A stretch of 64,000 bases of DNA from Octopus sinensis (lineage: Eukaryota): assembly GCF_006345805.1 (NCBI RefSeq), contig NC_042998.1, positions 100,440,001-100,504,000 of the forward strand. The letters are read 5' to 3'. The notes beneath the pieces are model-generated. The model saw nothing but the letters and a program-made list of their open reading frames with translations, was not told the origin of the DNA and searched no databases. The position numbers were made by a program, and so were the translations under genes. Of this stretch, positions 10,191-21,111 are shown one piece after another (position 1 is the first letter of the stretch; each line of letters starts with the position of its first letter).

Positions 10191-13004
10191 ATGGGTAGAT
10201 AAAGTAATTGAGGTAATCAGAGTAAGTGACAGAATACTTAAGATTAGATTAGTGCTTCATCATAGTTTAGCAACCATTATATCAGCCTATGCTCCTCAGT
10301 CGGGGCTACCCGATGGACAGAAAGACCGATTCTATGACACTCTACTGCAGACTACCTCATTGACGAACGACAGAGACCTTATCTTTGTGGCTGGTGACTT
10401 CAATGGTCACGTTGGACGACATGCTGGGGGCTTCCATGGCGTACATGGAGGCTATGGCTATGGCTCCCGCAACGAGGAGGGAACCAGGCTGCTGGAGTTC
10501 TGCGATGCAAATAATCTTATGATTTGCAACACTAACTTCAGGAAACCTACCAGCCACCTAGTCACTTACCAATCGGGCCAACATACCAGCCAAATTGACT
10601 ACATCCTTACAAGGCAAAGGGAGAGATGGCTGCTTATAAATGCCAAAACCTTCCCAGGTGAAGAATGTACCCCACAACATAGACTGGTAGTTAGTGACTT
10701 TAGGATCAGGACTAGGAGGACAACCAGAAGACGACAAATATGGAGAAGAAGGATCTGGAAGCTTAAAGATCCTGCAAATGGACAGAGATTTAGGGACATA
10801 TTACTTGAAGCCTCTGACGAAGTAGAAGGGGATAGAGCATCACAGGGGGTAGAAGACAGCTGGACGTTTCTAAGGGACAACCTGCTGAGAGCCACTGACC
10901 AGATCTGTGGCTGGTGCAAAGTCCCCTCTCGACCTAGAATAACGTGGTGGTGGAACAATATTGTAGACAGGGCTATTAGAGAAAAGAGACAGGCTTGGAA
11001 GGTCTGGAAAAATGGGGGTAGCAGGGAATTGTATCAGACTGCCAAAAGAGAAGCTAGGAGACAGGTTTATTTAGCCAGAGGGGAAGCAGATAAGAAAAAA
11101 TTTGCCAATGTTCTGCGCCGTGAGGACCAAAGACTGGAGGTGTTTCGTGTTGCAAGACAGTGTGTGAGAGAGAATCGTGATGTGGTAGGAGAGAAGTGTG
11201 TTCGCATGGAAGATGGTTCACTTGCGCTAAATGAGGATGCGAAGAGAGAGGTTTGGAGATGCCACTATGAAAGGTTGCTGAATGAAGAAAATGAATGGGA
11301 TAAAGAGAGTCTGCCGAATGTTGACCCAACAGAGGGACCAGCTATCCGAGTTGATAGTTCTGTGGTAGCTAAGGCAATTAGAAGCATGAAGACAGGGAAA
11401 GCCCCAGGCCCATCAGGAATCACTGCAGAGATGCTCAAAATGTCTGGTAGTGTCGGCTATAGCCTAGTCACCCATATAGTTAATCAGGTGATACACAAAG
11501 GGGTCATACCCAATGACTGGTGTAGCAGTATAATAGTCAACTGCTACAAAGGTAAAGGTGATGCCCTAGATACAAATAACTACAGAGGTATCAAGCTGTT
11601 GGACCAGGTGATGAAGGTACGGAGAGGGTCATAGCCCAACTAATTAGAGAGAGAGTTAGTTTAGATGAGATGCAGTTTGGGTTTGTGCCAGGGAAAAGTA
11701 CTACTGATGCTATATTCCTGGTAAGGCAGCTGCAGGAGAAATACCTAGCCAAAGATAAGCCCCTGTACCTGGCTTTTGTTGACATGGAGAAAGCCTTCGA
11801 CAGGGTCCCCCGATCCCTCATCTGGTGGGCAATGAGAAAACTAGGGATAGATGAATGGTTAGTGAGAGCTGTGCGGGCCATGTATAGGGACGCCGCTAGT
11901 AGGGTGAGGGTTGGAAATGAGTACAGTGAAGAATTCCGGGTAGAGGTAGGGGTCCACCAAGGCTCAGTACTCAGCCCCCTCCTATTTATCATAGTCCTCC
12001 AGGCAATAACGGAGGAATTCAAGACAGGATGCCCTTGGGAGCTCCTCTATGCTGATGACCTTGCTCTAATTGCTGAGTCGCTATCAGAACTGGAGGAGAA
12101 GTTTCAGGTGTGGAAACAAGGATTAGAATCGAAGGGCCTCAGAGTCAATCTAGCTAAAACCAAAGTCGTAATCAGTAGGAAGGTAGACAAATCACAAACA
12201 CCTTCAGGTAGATGGCCCTGCTCGATCTGTAGAAAAGGTGTAGGTAGAAACTCTATAAGATGCACCAAGTGTAAGCTATGGACACATAAGAGATGCAGCA
12301 ATGTCAAAGGAAGGCTAACTAGGAAGATGGTTTTTGTATGTGGCAGATGCTCAGGAACAATAAACACTGAAAATGCTCTGAGACCAACTTCCGTCACTTT
12401 CCAGGGAGAAAAACTAGAAATAGTTGATAGTTTCCGTTACCTAGGTGACCAAGTCAGCAGCGGGGGCGGGTGTGCTGAAAGTGTAACTGCTAGAGTAAGA
12501 ATAGCTTGGGCAAAGTTCAGAGAGCTCTTACCTCTGCTGGTGACAAAAGGCCTCTCGCACAGAGTGAAAGGCAGACTGTATGATGCGTGTGTACGAACAG
12601 CCATGCTACATGGCAGTGAAACATGGGCCGTGACTGCTGAGGATATGCGTAAGCTCGCTAGAAATGAAGCCAGTATGCTCCGATGGATGTGTAATGCCGG
12701 TACTCACACTCGGCAGAGTGTAAGTACCTTGAGAGAAAAGCTGGACCTAAGAAGCATCAGTTGTGGTGTGCAAGAGAGACGTTTGCGCTGGTATGGTCAT
12801 GTGGCGAGAATGGATGAAGATAGTTGTGTGAAAAAGTGCCACACCCTAGCGGTTGAGGGAACCTGTGGAAGAGGCAGACCCAGGAAAACCTGGGACGAGG
12901 TGGTGAAGCACGACCTTCGAACTTTAGGTCTCACTGAGGAAATGACTAGAGACCGAGACCTCTGGAAGTGTGCTGTGCGCGAGAAGACCCGGCAGGACAA
13001 GTGA
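10191..13004 (+). pseudogene. RTE ORF2 (endonuclease-RT), truncated within APE, with a single 1-nt frameshift at about 11617-11619
   Basis: ORF 9769-11634 and ORF 11670-13004 join as QVMKV-TERVIAQLIRERVSLDEMQFGF if one base is restored; otherwise stop-free for about 2.8 kb. Confidence 0.9.
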
Positions 13005-13612
13005 GTCCACAACCCGTGGCCTTCTACATGGGATGGAGCCAGCCTACGTATGCATACCTTCCCTTCTTGGGACACAAAACTCTACTTGTGAAGACGTGTT
13101 GAGGCAAGTGAGGATCAGAATCGAAATCGATCAATGGAAATTGCGGATGTGCTACCAGTGCCGGTGGCATATCGAAACTCTGCTTGTGAAGACCCATTGA
13201 GGCAAGTGAGGATCAGAATCGAAATCGATCAATGGAAATCGATCAATGGAAATTGCAGATGTGTTACCAGTGCCGGTGGCATGTAAGAGAACTTTCCGTT
13301 TCGCGACCGTTGCCAGCACCGCCCCGTTTCGTGTCCATTGCCAGCCTCGCCTGGCCCTCGTGCCGGTGGCACATAAAAAGCACCATCCGTTCGTGGCCGT
13401 TTGCCAGCTCTGTCTGGCACCAGTGCGGGTGGCACGTAAAAAGCACCCACTACACTCACGGAGTGGTTGGCGTTAGGAAGGGCATCCAGCCGTAGAAACA
13501 CTGCCAGATTTGACTGGGCCTGATGAAGCCTTCTGGCTTCACAGACCCCAGTAGAACCGTCCAACCCATGCTAGCATGGAAAACGGACGCTAAATGATGA
13601 TGATGATGATGA
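10191..13612 (+). mobile_element. Young 5'-truncated RTE-clade LINE (APE, RT, PHD finger, 3' UTR, (TGA)n tail)
   Basis: AYAPQ, GDFNGHVG, SQIDYIL, SDF (APE); QFGF, FVDMEKAFDRVPR, GVHQGSVLSPLLF, YADD (RT); tail tgatgatgat at about 13594-13614; TA-rich flanks on both sides. Confidence 0.95.
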
Positions 13613-13614
13613 TG

Positions 13615-13643
<29 letters not shown>

Positions 13644-13645
<2 letters not shown>

Positions 13646-13905
13646 TCATCATCATCATCATCATCGTTTAACATCCGCTTTCCATGCTAGCTGCTAGCAT
13701 GGGTTGGACGATTTGACTGAGGTCTGGCAAACCAGATGGCTGCACCAGGTTCCAATCTGATCTGGCAGAGTCTCTACAGCTGGATGCCCTTCCTAATGCC
13801 AACCACTCCGAGAGTGTAGAGGGTGCTTTTACATGCCACCGGCATGAGGGCCTCTCAGGTGGTACTGGCAACGGCCACACTCAAATGGTGCTTTTTACGT
13901 ACCAA
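13644..13905 (-). mobile_element. RTE 3' end, tail-to-tail with the young RTE
   Basis: (ATC)n then gtttaacatccgctttccatgctag...ggatgcccttcctaatgccaaccactcc. Confidence 0.9.
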
Positions 13906-13919
13906 AGCACATACACACT

Positions 13920-13955
<36 letters not shown>

Positions 13956-14479
13956 CAGCGGAGAGGATTGTGTGTGTGTATGCATGATATATGTTTTAAT
14001 TAACCAAAGTGTAGAGACATGTTAATATACTTATTAAATGTATGCATGTAAATATATCTATATTTAGTCTTGCTATACAGAACCAACTTAAGTACAACTT
14101 GACTAATCTTATCTGTTTCCATGTGTATATTTCACTGATCTACAGAAGTGGGTGTAGGAAACTGGCTTATAAAAAATACAATGGATAACAGACACTACTT
14201 ATGCTCATTGGTATAAGCCTATATTCAATGGTGCCATTATAAAGTAGTATTGATAAAGCATGTTTGGAATATATGTGTCCAGTATTCAATATCAATTGCA
14301 TTTTTTTTTGTAACTTTTTTGTCTTTCTAAAATATTACGATTTATTAACATATTTTCACAGGAAAAAAAGAAAGAAAAAAAAACATTAAAAGTGTAAAAG
14401 ATTAAATTATAAAGAGAAAAAAAAGCCAAACTACCACACCAAGAAAATTTTTAAGCTTGGAATTAAGCAGCAAAAGATG

Positions 14480-15500
14480 GATGAGACATGGGGTAGCAAA
14501 TTGTACATCCCAGGCCAAATGGCATGTTCAGCCACACCTTGTTGACATAATTGCAAAGGTGGTGTTGTGGAGATTGGCTAGTGACAATCACTGCAACAAC
14601 CACTCTACCTCGCAGAGTTCATATCTCAGACAGGCTACAGTTATCCATATTTTAAAAAGGAAATCAGTGCTGCAAGGTCTAAGAACATCTGAAGTCTCGA
14701 CAGTGACTGGCACAAATACGTAGCAGCTTGTTAGGTTACTGTTTTTGTTCATCTTCCTCTTCTCTGCGTTATGGGCAGTGATACCCAGGTTTGTGGCTGA
14801 TACAGCAAGTCTGGAGCTGGAGAATATGATGCAGTATGTCACATCCCAGACTAAGGATTTGCCTCCTTAGTATGGGAAGTGGGTTATTCTGTCAGGGCAC
14901 ATACAACCACCATGGTCAAGACCTACTGGATTCAGTTGTGATGGGATGCCAGCTACATTGATGCTTCTAATTATGTCATTCAGAGTGGCATGTCAGGAGA
15001 ACTGACCCATGCTATGGCTGCAGGATAATGGATGCAGGCAAAATTCATCAACTACAACTCCACAATGGCATTTGTGTGACTCATACACATGGAGACCAAG
15101 GCACTGGACCACTCCAAGTGTATTCATCATCAAGAACAGTTATGGTTGATGAGGAAGGCACTGTACTGAGCCACACACTACTGTTTGGCTGCAAAGCAAA
15201 AAAGAGGTAAGTGAGACAGTGCTGGTCCAAGGATGTCTCAATCTGCCTGAAGGTAGACTTGAATTTGATACTGTCCCAGTTATAATGGACATTTATTCCA
15301 GGGAGATGGCAAGGTCTTCAATGGTCCATCAGCCAGAACTGACTCCAGTTCCTGGACCACAATGGGTTCAATCATCCTGCAGAGTATCTTGCCAAGGTTT
15401 ACTGCTGGAGGAGATTGAAGAAAAATGGGCCAGCAGAGCTAGGTTCACAATGGAATGAAGGCCAGGGCCACGAAATTTAACAGATAGTTTAACCTGTTGC
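14480..15500 (-). mobile_element. Decayed CRE-clade non-LTR retrotransposon, C-terminal zinc knuckle and restriction-like endonuclease
   Basis: Hand translation: HKCHCGVVVDEFCLHPLSC, HATLNDII, PDRITP, VWDVT, AEKRK, YVFVPVTVET; resembles the CRE pattern C.CG..D..G.H.LSC..RH..LNDII..RPDG..VWD.T..K..Y.F.P..VET. Confidence 0.75.
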
Positions 15501-16199
15501 CAGCCAGCATGTCAAAACTAACAGTACCAAACAGTTTAACACAGTGTTGTGATGTAACTAGCTGTGAAATGCTTTTCCCCTCTCTCTTTGTAAGCTTTCA
15601 TATGACAAGCAAAATTACTTAGGTTGTGTTTTTCGGATGTTCTTAAGATTGAGACTTGTGGTTTAATCATAAGGTGCATTCCCAAGCAAGGCTAAAATGC
15701 AGGTTTATTATAGATTTGAATACAAATTTATTTATTACATATTCACACACACACACACAAAACAGAGTCCAAGGAGACAGGTGATGGTCTGCACCAGCAA
15801 AATAAGTTAATATGTCACAGGGGAGTGGGGTTTCCAGTGTTTCAGACAGAGTCCTTTTCCATGGTCAAGATAAAAAGAAAGAAAAAAATACAGAAGTTTT
15901 AACATCATTTCTATCAGAGATTATGTAAAGATTTCTGTATTATCAGAGCAACTGGTAACAAGGGATAGGAAAAGCAAAACGATTTAAAAGTGCATGCATG
16001 GACAACAAGTAGTGGGAGAAAGAAATGTATTGAGGGAAGGAGAAGAAAAGAAAAGAAGGGGGAGAGAAATACAACAAAAGGAAGATAAGCTAAGTGAGGG
16101 TGAGATGGAAGAAAACTCAGAGCAAGAGAAGAGCTGAAGGACAAAACAGGAATTAGTATTTTAATGTTTGATGGATTAGGAGAAACATTCATTTAAACC

Positions 16200-16700
16200 C
16201 AGCAGCATTATGAATACGATACATTTATTATGCTTCTTTGAGTATGCAGACCCATAGTGTGCAATGATGTTAGACACAGGTAAATGGTTAATGGAGTGGC
16301 CCTTTCATTGAAGTGAATAGTGATGAACTGGCCAACAATAAAATGGTAGAATACTATGAATGTGTTGGCAACAGCAATGAGCAAGGTGATAGCTAGTTTC
16401 ACCAATATAGACAGTACCGTAAAGTTTGCAAGTGAAGCATTAGTTGACACAGATGGAATCAAAGCAGAAGTTTTGTGCAATGTGGATTCTGTAACTTAGA
16501 CCAGTAACAGTTTTAGTGTTTTTGATGTAGACAGGTGTTGCATCTCTTTTTTAAAATTCTTGGTTATTTGTAAGTGGAGGCTGTACAGATTGTTGGACAA
16601 GTCAGAGTGTGGGGTTCATAAATGACAAAAGGTACCCATCAAGTCTTGTATTTTTTTCTTTTACTTTGGGATTCAAAATTTTAATCGACACTACAAAGTC
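16200..16700 (-). mobile_element. Penelope-like element, GIY-YIG endonuclease region (decayed)
   Basis: Minus strand RCNTC and FTCKLYGTVYIGETSYHLAH (YIGET at about 16395-16409). Confidence 0.75.
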
Positions 16701-16739
16701 AACAAAGACTGAGGAATTTGGAAAATGGTATAGTAGCAC

Positions 16740-17850
16740 CTCAACAGCACTCTTGACAACTATAAGAATTGTGAACTCTGCCTACTACTCCACCAGTATC
16801 AACCTACTTTCCCATTACTCATGACATTATCTGCCACATTCACAATTCTTAAATATCTACTCCTCTTGGACACTATTCTTTTATTTTTTTATTCTTTTAG
16901 TTGTTTCAGTCATTTGACTGCAGCCATGCTGGAGCATTGCCTTTAGTCGAGCAAATCGACCTCAGTACTTATTCTTTGTAAGCCTTATTCTATTGGTCTC
17001 TTTTGCCGAACCGTTAAGTTAAGGGGAGGTAAATACACCAGCATCAGTAGTCAAGTGATATTGGGGGACAAACACACACACACACATACATATATATGAT
17101 GGGCTTCTTTCAGTTTCCATCTACCAAATCCACTCACAAGGATTCAGTTGGCCTGAGGCTATAGTAGAAGACACTTGCCCAAGGTGCCACACAGTAGGAC
17201 TGAACCCGTAACCATGTGATTGGTAAGCAAGCTACCTACCACACAACCACTCCTGCGCCTATAGCTACTTACCACTCAGCCACTCCTCTCCAAAAGAAGT
17301 TAGGCAAGTTTGATACACACACTGATAGTGTTTATCCATCAACCCCCAAATTAAGGTATTTTTCTCTAAGTTCAGAAACCCTGAGTGAGGATGATTTCGC
17401 CAACTTCAAAAGATGCACACACTTCACCCTCTACTAAATATCAAACCCAGGCTTTACTACACAGTCAATTATTTATAAGTAAATACTGTTGAGGTTTGAA
17501 TGTCTTTAACCACATCAAATGATACAGAAGATTGAACCTTTCCCTAACAGAATTCAATGCTCTCCAGAAGTTCTGCAAAGAAAATATTATCAACAAACAG
17601 GCCAACAAGAGCAGCAACATCATGATCTGGTGAATCAACAACTACGGGTGAAAGGCATTCAGCCAGCTCAACAAAACACTCTTCTATAAGTTACTAAAGG
17701 GTTTCACTAGCCACAATTAGAAACAAGTTTCCACCACTGTATATGGAGTCATCTCTTCCAACTCACTCAACCCCCACACCTCTATTACTAACTCCACTAT
17801 AACCACACAATGAACCTCTACCATCTACTTTCCAAAATCCACAAATCTTA
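16740..17850 (+). mobile_element. Penelope-like element, N-terminal/RT-proximal region (decayed, interrupted by a SINE)
   Basis: FSLSSETLSEDD, NLSLTEFNALQKFCKENIINKQANKSSNIMI (cf. NL...E..AL..L....II.K.ADKG), YHLLSKIHK (cf. FY.LPKIHK); the part 5' of the SINE is less certain. Confidence 0.7.
16885..17260 (-). mobile_element. tRNA-derived SINE, full length
   Basis: Reverse complement of head aggcgcaggagtggttgtgtgg and B box ggttcagtcc; central (CA)/(TA) linker; tail gactgaaacaactaaaagaata. Confidence 0.9.
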
Positions 17851-18271
17851 CAATTTTGGCATCCTTTTGATTTGGTTTGTAACTCCTCTCTACATATCCA
17901 GACAAATTACTATCACGTCACCACTATATTTTCTATTTTGGGGAGAAAATTTCTCTATGATGCTGGAAAAAAAATTCCATTTTTTAAAACTTTTACCAGC
18001 CCTGACTTTTCCATTTTTGGCATTCCTTCAAAACTTCTCTTTTCTAAATTAGATGTTTTAAACATAGAATCTAACAAATCCAGCAAGAAAACATTCAGTT
18101 CAAGAGTTCAGGCGTATGGTCAGAGTTTAGGGCATTAGGTTAGAGTTCAGGATTAGCATTACACAGAGAGAAGAAAATACTTGACTGAAATCAAAACTGA
18201 ATGAGTGAATTTTTAAACACAATAACGATAGTGAATGTATGCATTATGAAAGTATATGTACAAATACATAT

Positions 18272-18430
18272 CATCATTTTAACATTCACTTTTCCATGCT
18301 TGTCAGGGTCAGGTAGATTTCAATGAGGCAGATTTTCTACATCCAAATGCCCTTCCAGCCATCAACCCTCATCTGTTTCCAAGCAAGGTAATACTTCCCC
18401 ATGGCCACACGTTTTTCATAGAAGACTGGA
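18272..18430 (-). mobile_element. RTE 3' end (older subfamily)
   Basis: tcatcattttaacattcacttttccatgctt...tgcccttccagcc. Confidence 0.7.
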
Positions 18431-18744
18431 AAGAAACAGAGTGTGTGTGTGTGTGCGCGCGTATGTATAAGTGTAAAATGTTTACAAAGTTGACTTCACA
18501 ACCACTGGGTCCCAGGTTCTATCTCACTGTGTGACATCTTGGGCAAATGACATCTTCTATAGCGTTGGATCACCCCCTTCCCCTAGATAGAAACCTGTAG
18601 TATGGATTGTACTTGTAATTCAAAACATACAGCCATATTACATACTGTGTCATACTGACTCTGCTTCTGTATTACATGTAATTATCAATCACTTACACTT
18701 CAGTTCAGGAGCAGATAATTCAGATGATCAAACAATTGTATACG

Positions 18745-19545
18745 CATTGTTAAAACCAACAGCAATCCACCTCTCCTCTGTTACCCACCAGTGGGCTCTT
18801 GCCTTGGAAGAATCTAGTGAAAGTAATGATGCTGCCTTTGTCATCAACAAAACTTCTGACTATCTGGTAAATGAATCTCTTATCAAAACTTCTTACTTAA
18901 AACTCCAACCATCTCTCATGTCTTGGATCAGTAGCTTTCTATCTCATTACACTATAACTGCATTATGTGACAGAGCTTTTTCTGTCCTTCATTCTATCAA
19001 GTCCTGTGTGTGCCAGGATTCAGTTCTATACCCAACTCTTTTCCTTCTGTACATCAATGACATGCTTGCCACCACATTCAACAATACCTCTTCTTAAGTG
19101 GATGACACTATGCTTCTTTCCTTCCTAACCATACCCAACCATGCACAATCCACTCACAACTGACATGTCGCATGTTGAACCCATATTGACTATGAACAGC
19201 AACCTCAAAAGAATCCTGTTGTAAAGATATACTGGCCTTGTCACTTTCAATGGCAAGAAAAACGCAAATTCTTGATAAGAATAGCATCATTGCATCATAT
19301 CCTACTTAATTATGAACAGTAATAAGCTGGTGCCATCAATTTGGTCCACTTGTTGAGTCTCAAAAATACTATCCTTAACATAGCTAGAATTGTGTCCCAA
19401 TAAATGGCCCTTCTCTTAAGAGCTAAAAGATACTTTAATTTCAAACAATTATTGTTACTCTGCAAAACTCAGCAGAGGTCTGCAATGGAGTCATGCTCTC
19501 ACATTTGGGATGATATTATTGCTGTACACACAGACATGTTAGACC
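18745..19545 (+). mobile_element. Decayed Jockey/L2-group LINE RT fragment
   Basis: WISSFLS, CQDSVLYPTLFLLYINDML, VDDT (YADD relic), then AKRYF...MESCSHIW (cf. MEYCSHIW). Confidence 0.75.
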
Positions 19546-21111
19546 ATAACTAGAAAAGTGTTACCTTATTTATTAGCATTAAGTCACTTACAAACATGCT
19601 CCAGACCACAAGCAAGCAATTTCCTCTCCCACTCTGCCTTTTCTATTGTTACTATAATAACCTTTGCTCCATGCCACAGGCTGTGCTTATACCACCTTCA
19701 CTCAGACAGATCTGTTCCACTCAGCTCTCCTTCCGCATTGTCCTTGATGTGTCTAAACCCCATGCTTAGTTCTTCTTTCCTAGAATATCAACATTCTAGA
19801 ATTCTCTTCAGATCTTTCTCAAAACACATGTATATGTACATGCACGCATACAAACATATATACATTTATACACATCCTTCTACACACACACACACACACA
19901 CACACACGTCCCTGGCTCAAGAGTTTCAGGGTTTTGAGGAGTGTGGAACCACCTCCTAGTCACAATTATTCCCAAGTCTACTCTGACCTATAGTAGCACA
20001 TGTCAGGGTCACAACAATGGGTTTAATTAGCATTTTATGGGGACAAAAACTCCACATACAAATCTGTACTGCCTTGTGAGTGTCTTGGTAAAGTAAAAGG
20101 CAAACGGAGTCCACCTTGAGAATAAATCAAGGAGTAGAGTCCCTTAGGCAATCTGGTGCCCTTTTTTTACACTCTTCCAGCAATTCCAGAGTAGGTGGAG
20201 CTCTCTAAGCTCTGTAAAGTAATTCACTTAGGAGAAGGCCACTCCAATGTAAAACCTACAATTTGGTGGTTGCTGCAGGTGTCTTAGCCTATTGAGCCAC
20301 AGCCTAAAGAGTGGGTTCAGACTGAGCAAACTGACTCACTTTAAAATATTAAGTGTAGACAGGAAGAAAAGCCCTGAAGTGTCAAGGATTGGCTTACATA
20401 ACGACTAGAGAGCATGCCACTCTTCCTCATTATCTTCAATGAAGAAACTGTCATATCGGTCTCTTTCTCTTTCTCTCTCGTATATATGTATATGGTAGTT
20501 TATACATACATACAAACGCACGCACACACATACAATAAAAAATGCTCATATACATACACAGAGATCCTACCACCTGGCATCAAGGGCAAATGTCTTTAGC
20601 ATAGACTCAGATTTATCCAAACATTGTGAGTGAATTTGATTAAACAGAAACTGTACAGAAGCCTGTTGCAGTTATAATTCAGAAAGAAGTCCAGCCTTGT
20701 CACACTGTGTCATGCTGATTCTATCTGAGAATTACATAAAAAGTACAGGTATCAGTAACTTGGTCACTTTGTACACATGTTAAATCAATGAGTTGAGTGC
20801 CCAGATGATTCAGCAGCTGGATGCTCATACATTAAGGACTATGGGCAAGTCTATTGTATCACACAACACACATACATACATGTGAACACATGCATGTGTA
20901 TCTATGCATGCATACATACATATACTATTTCCATGCATTACCTAGTCAATAAAAGAAATAGTGATTCTACATATGTAATGTATTGAGCACTACGGTCATA
21001 GTCTATCTCATTCAATATTGAGATTTATACTGAGTATACACACAAACGTATGTGCTAAAACATTCTAAGATGTTGAAGCCAAAATGCATGGAAAACTACA
21101 CTATAAAACCA

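Noticed and set aside
10357-12397. Antisense ORFs over the RTE
   Set aside because: Expected shadows of a GC-richer coding strand
18120-18160. Interstitial telomeric repeat
   Set aside because: Only one TTAGGG among degenerate units
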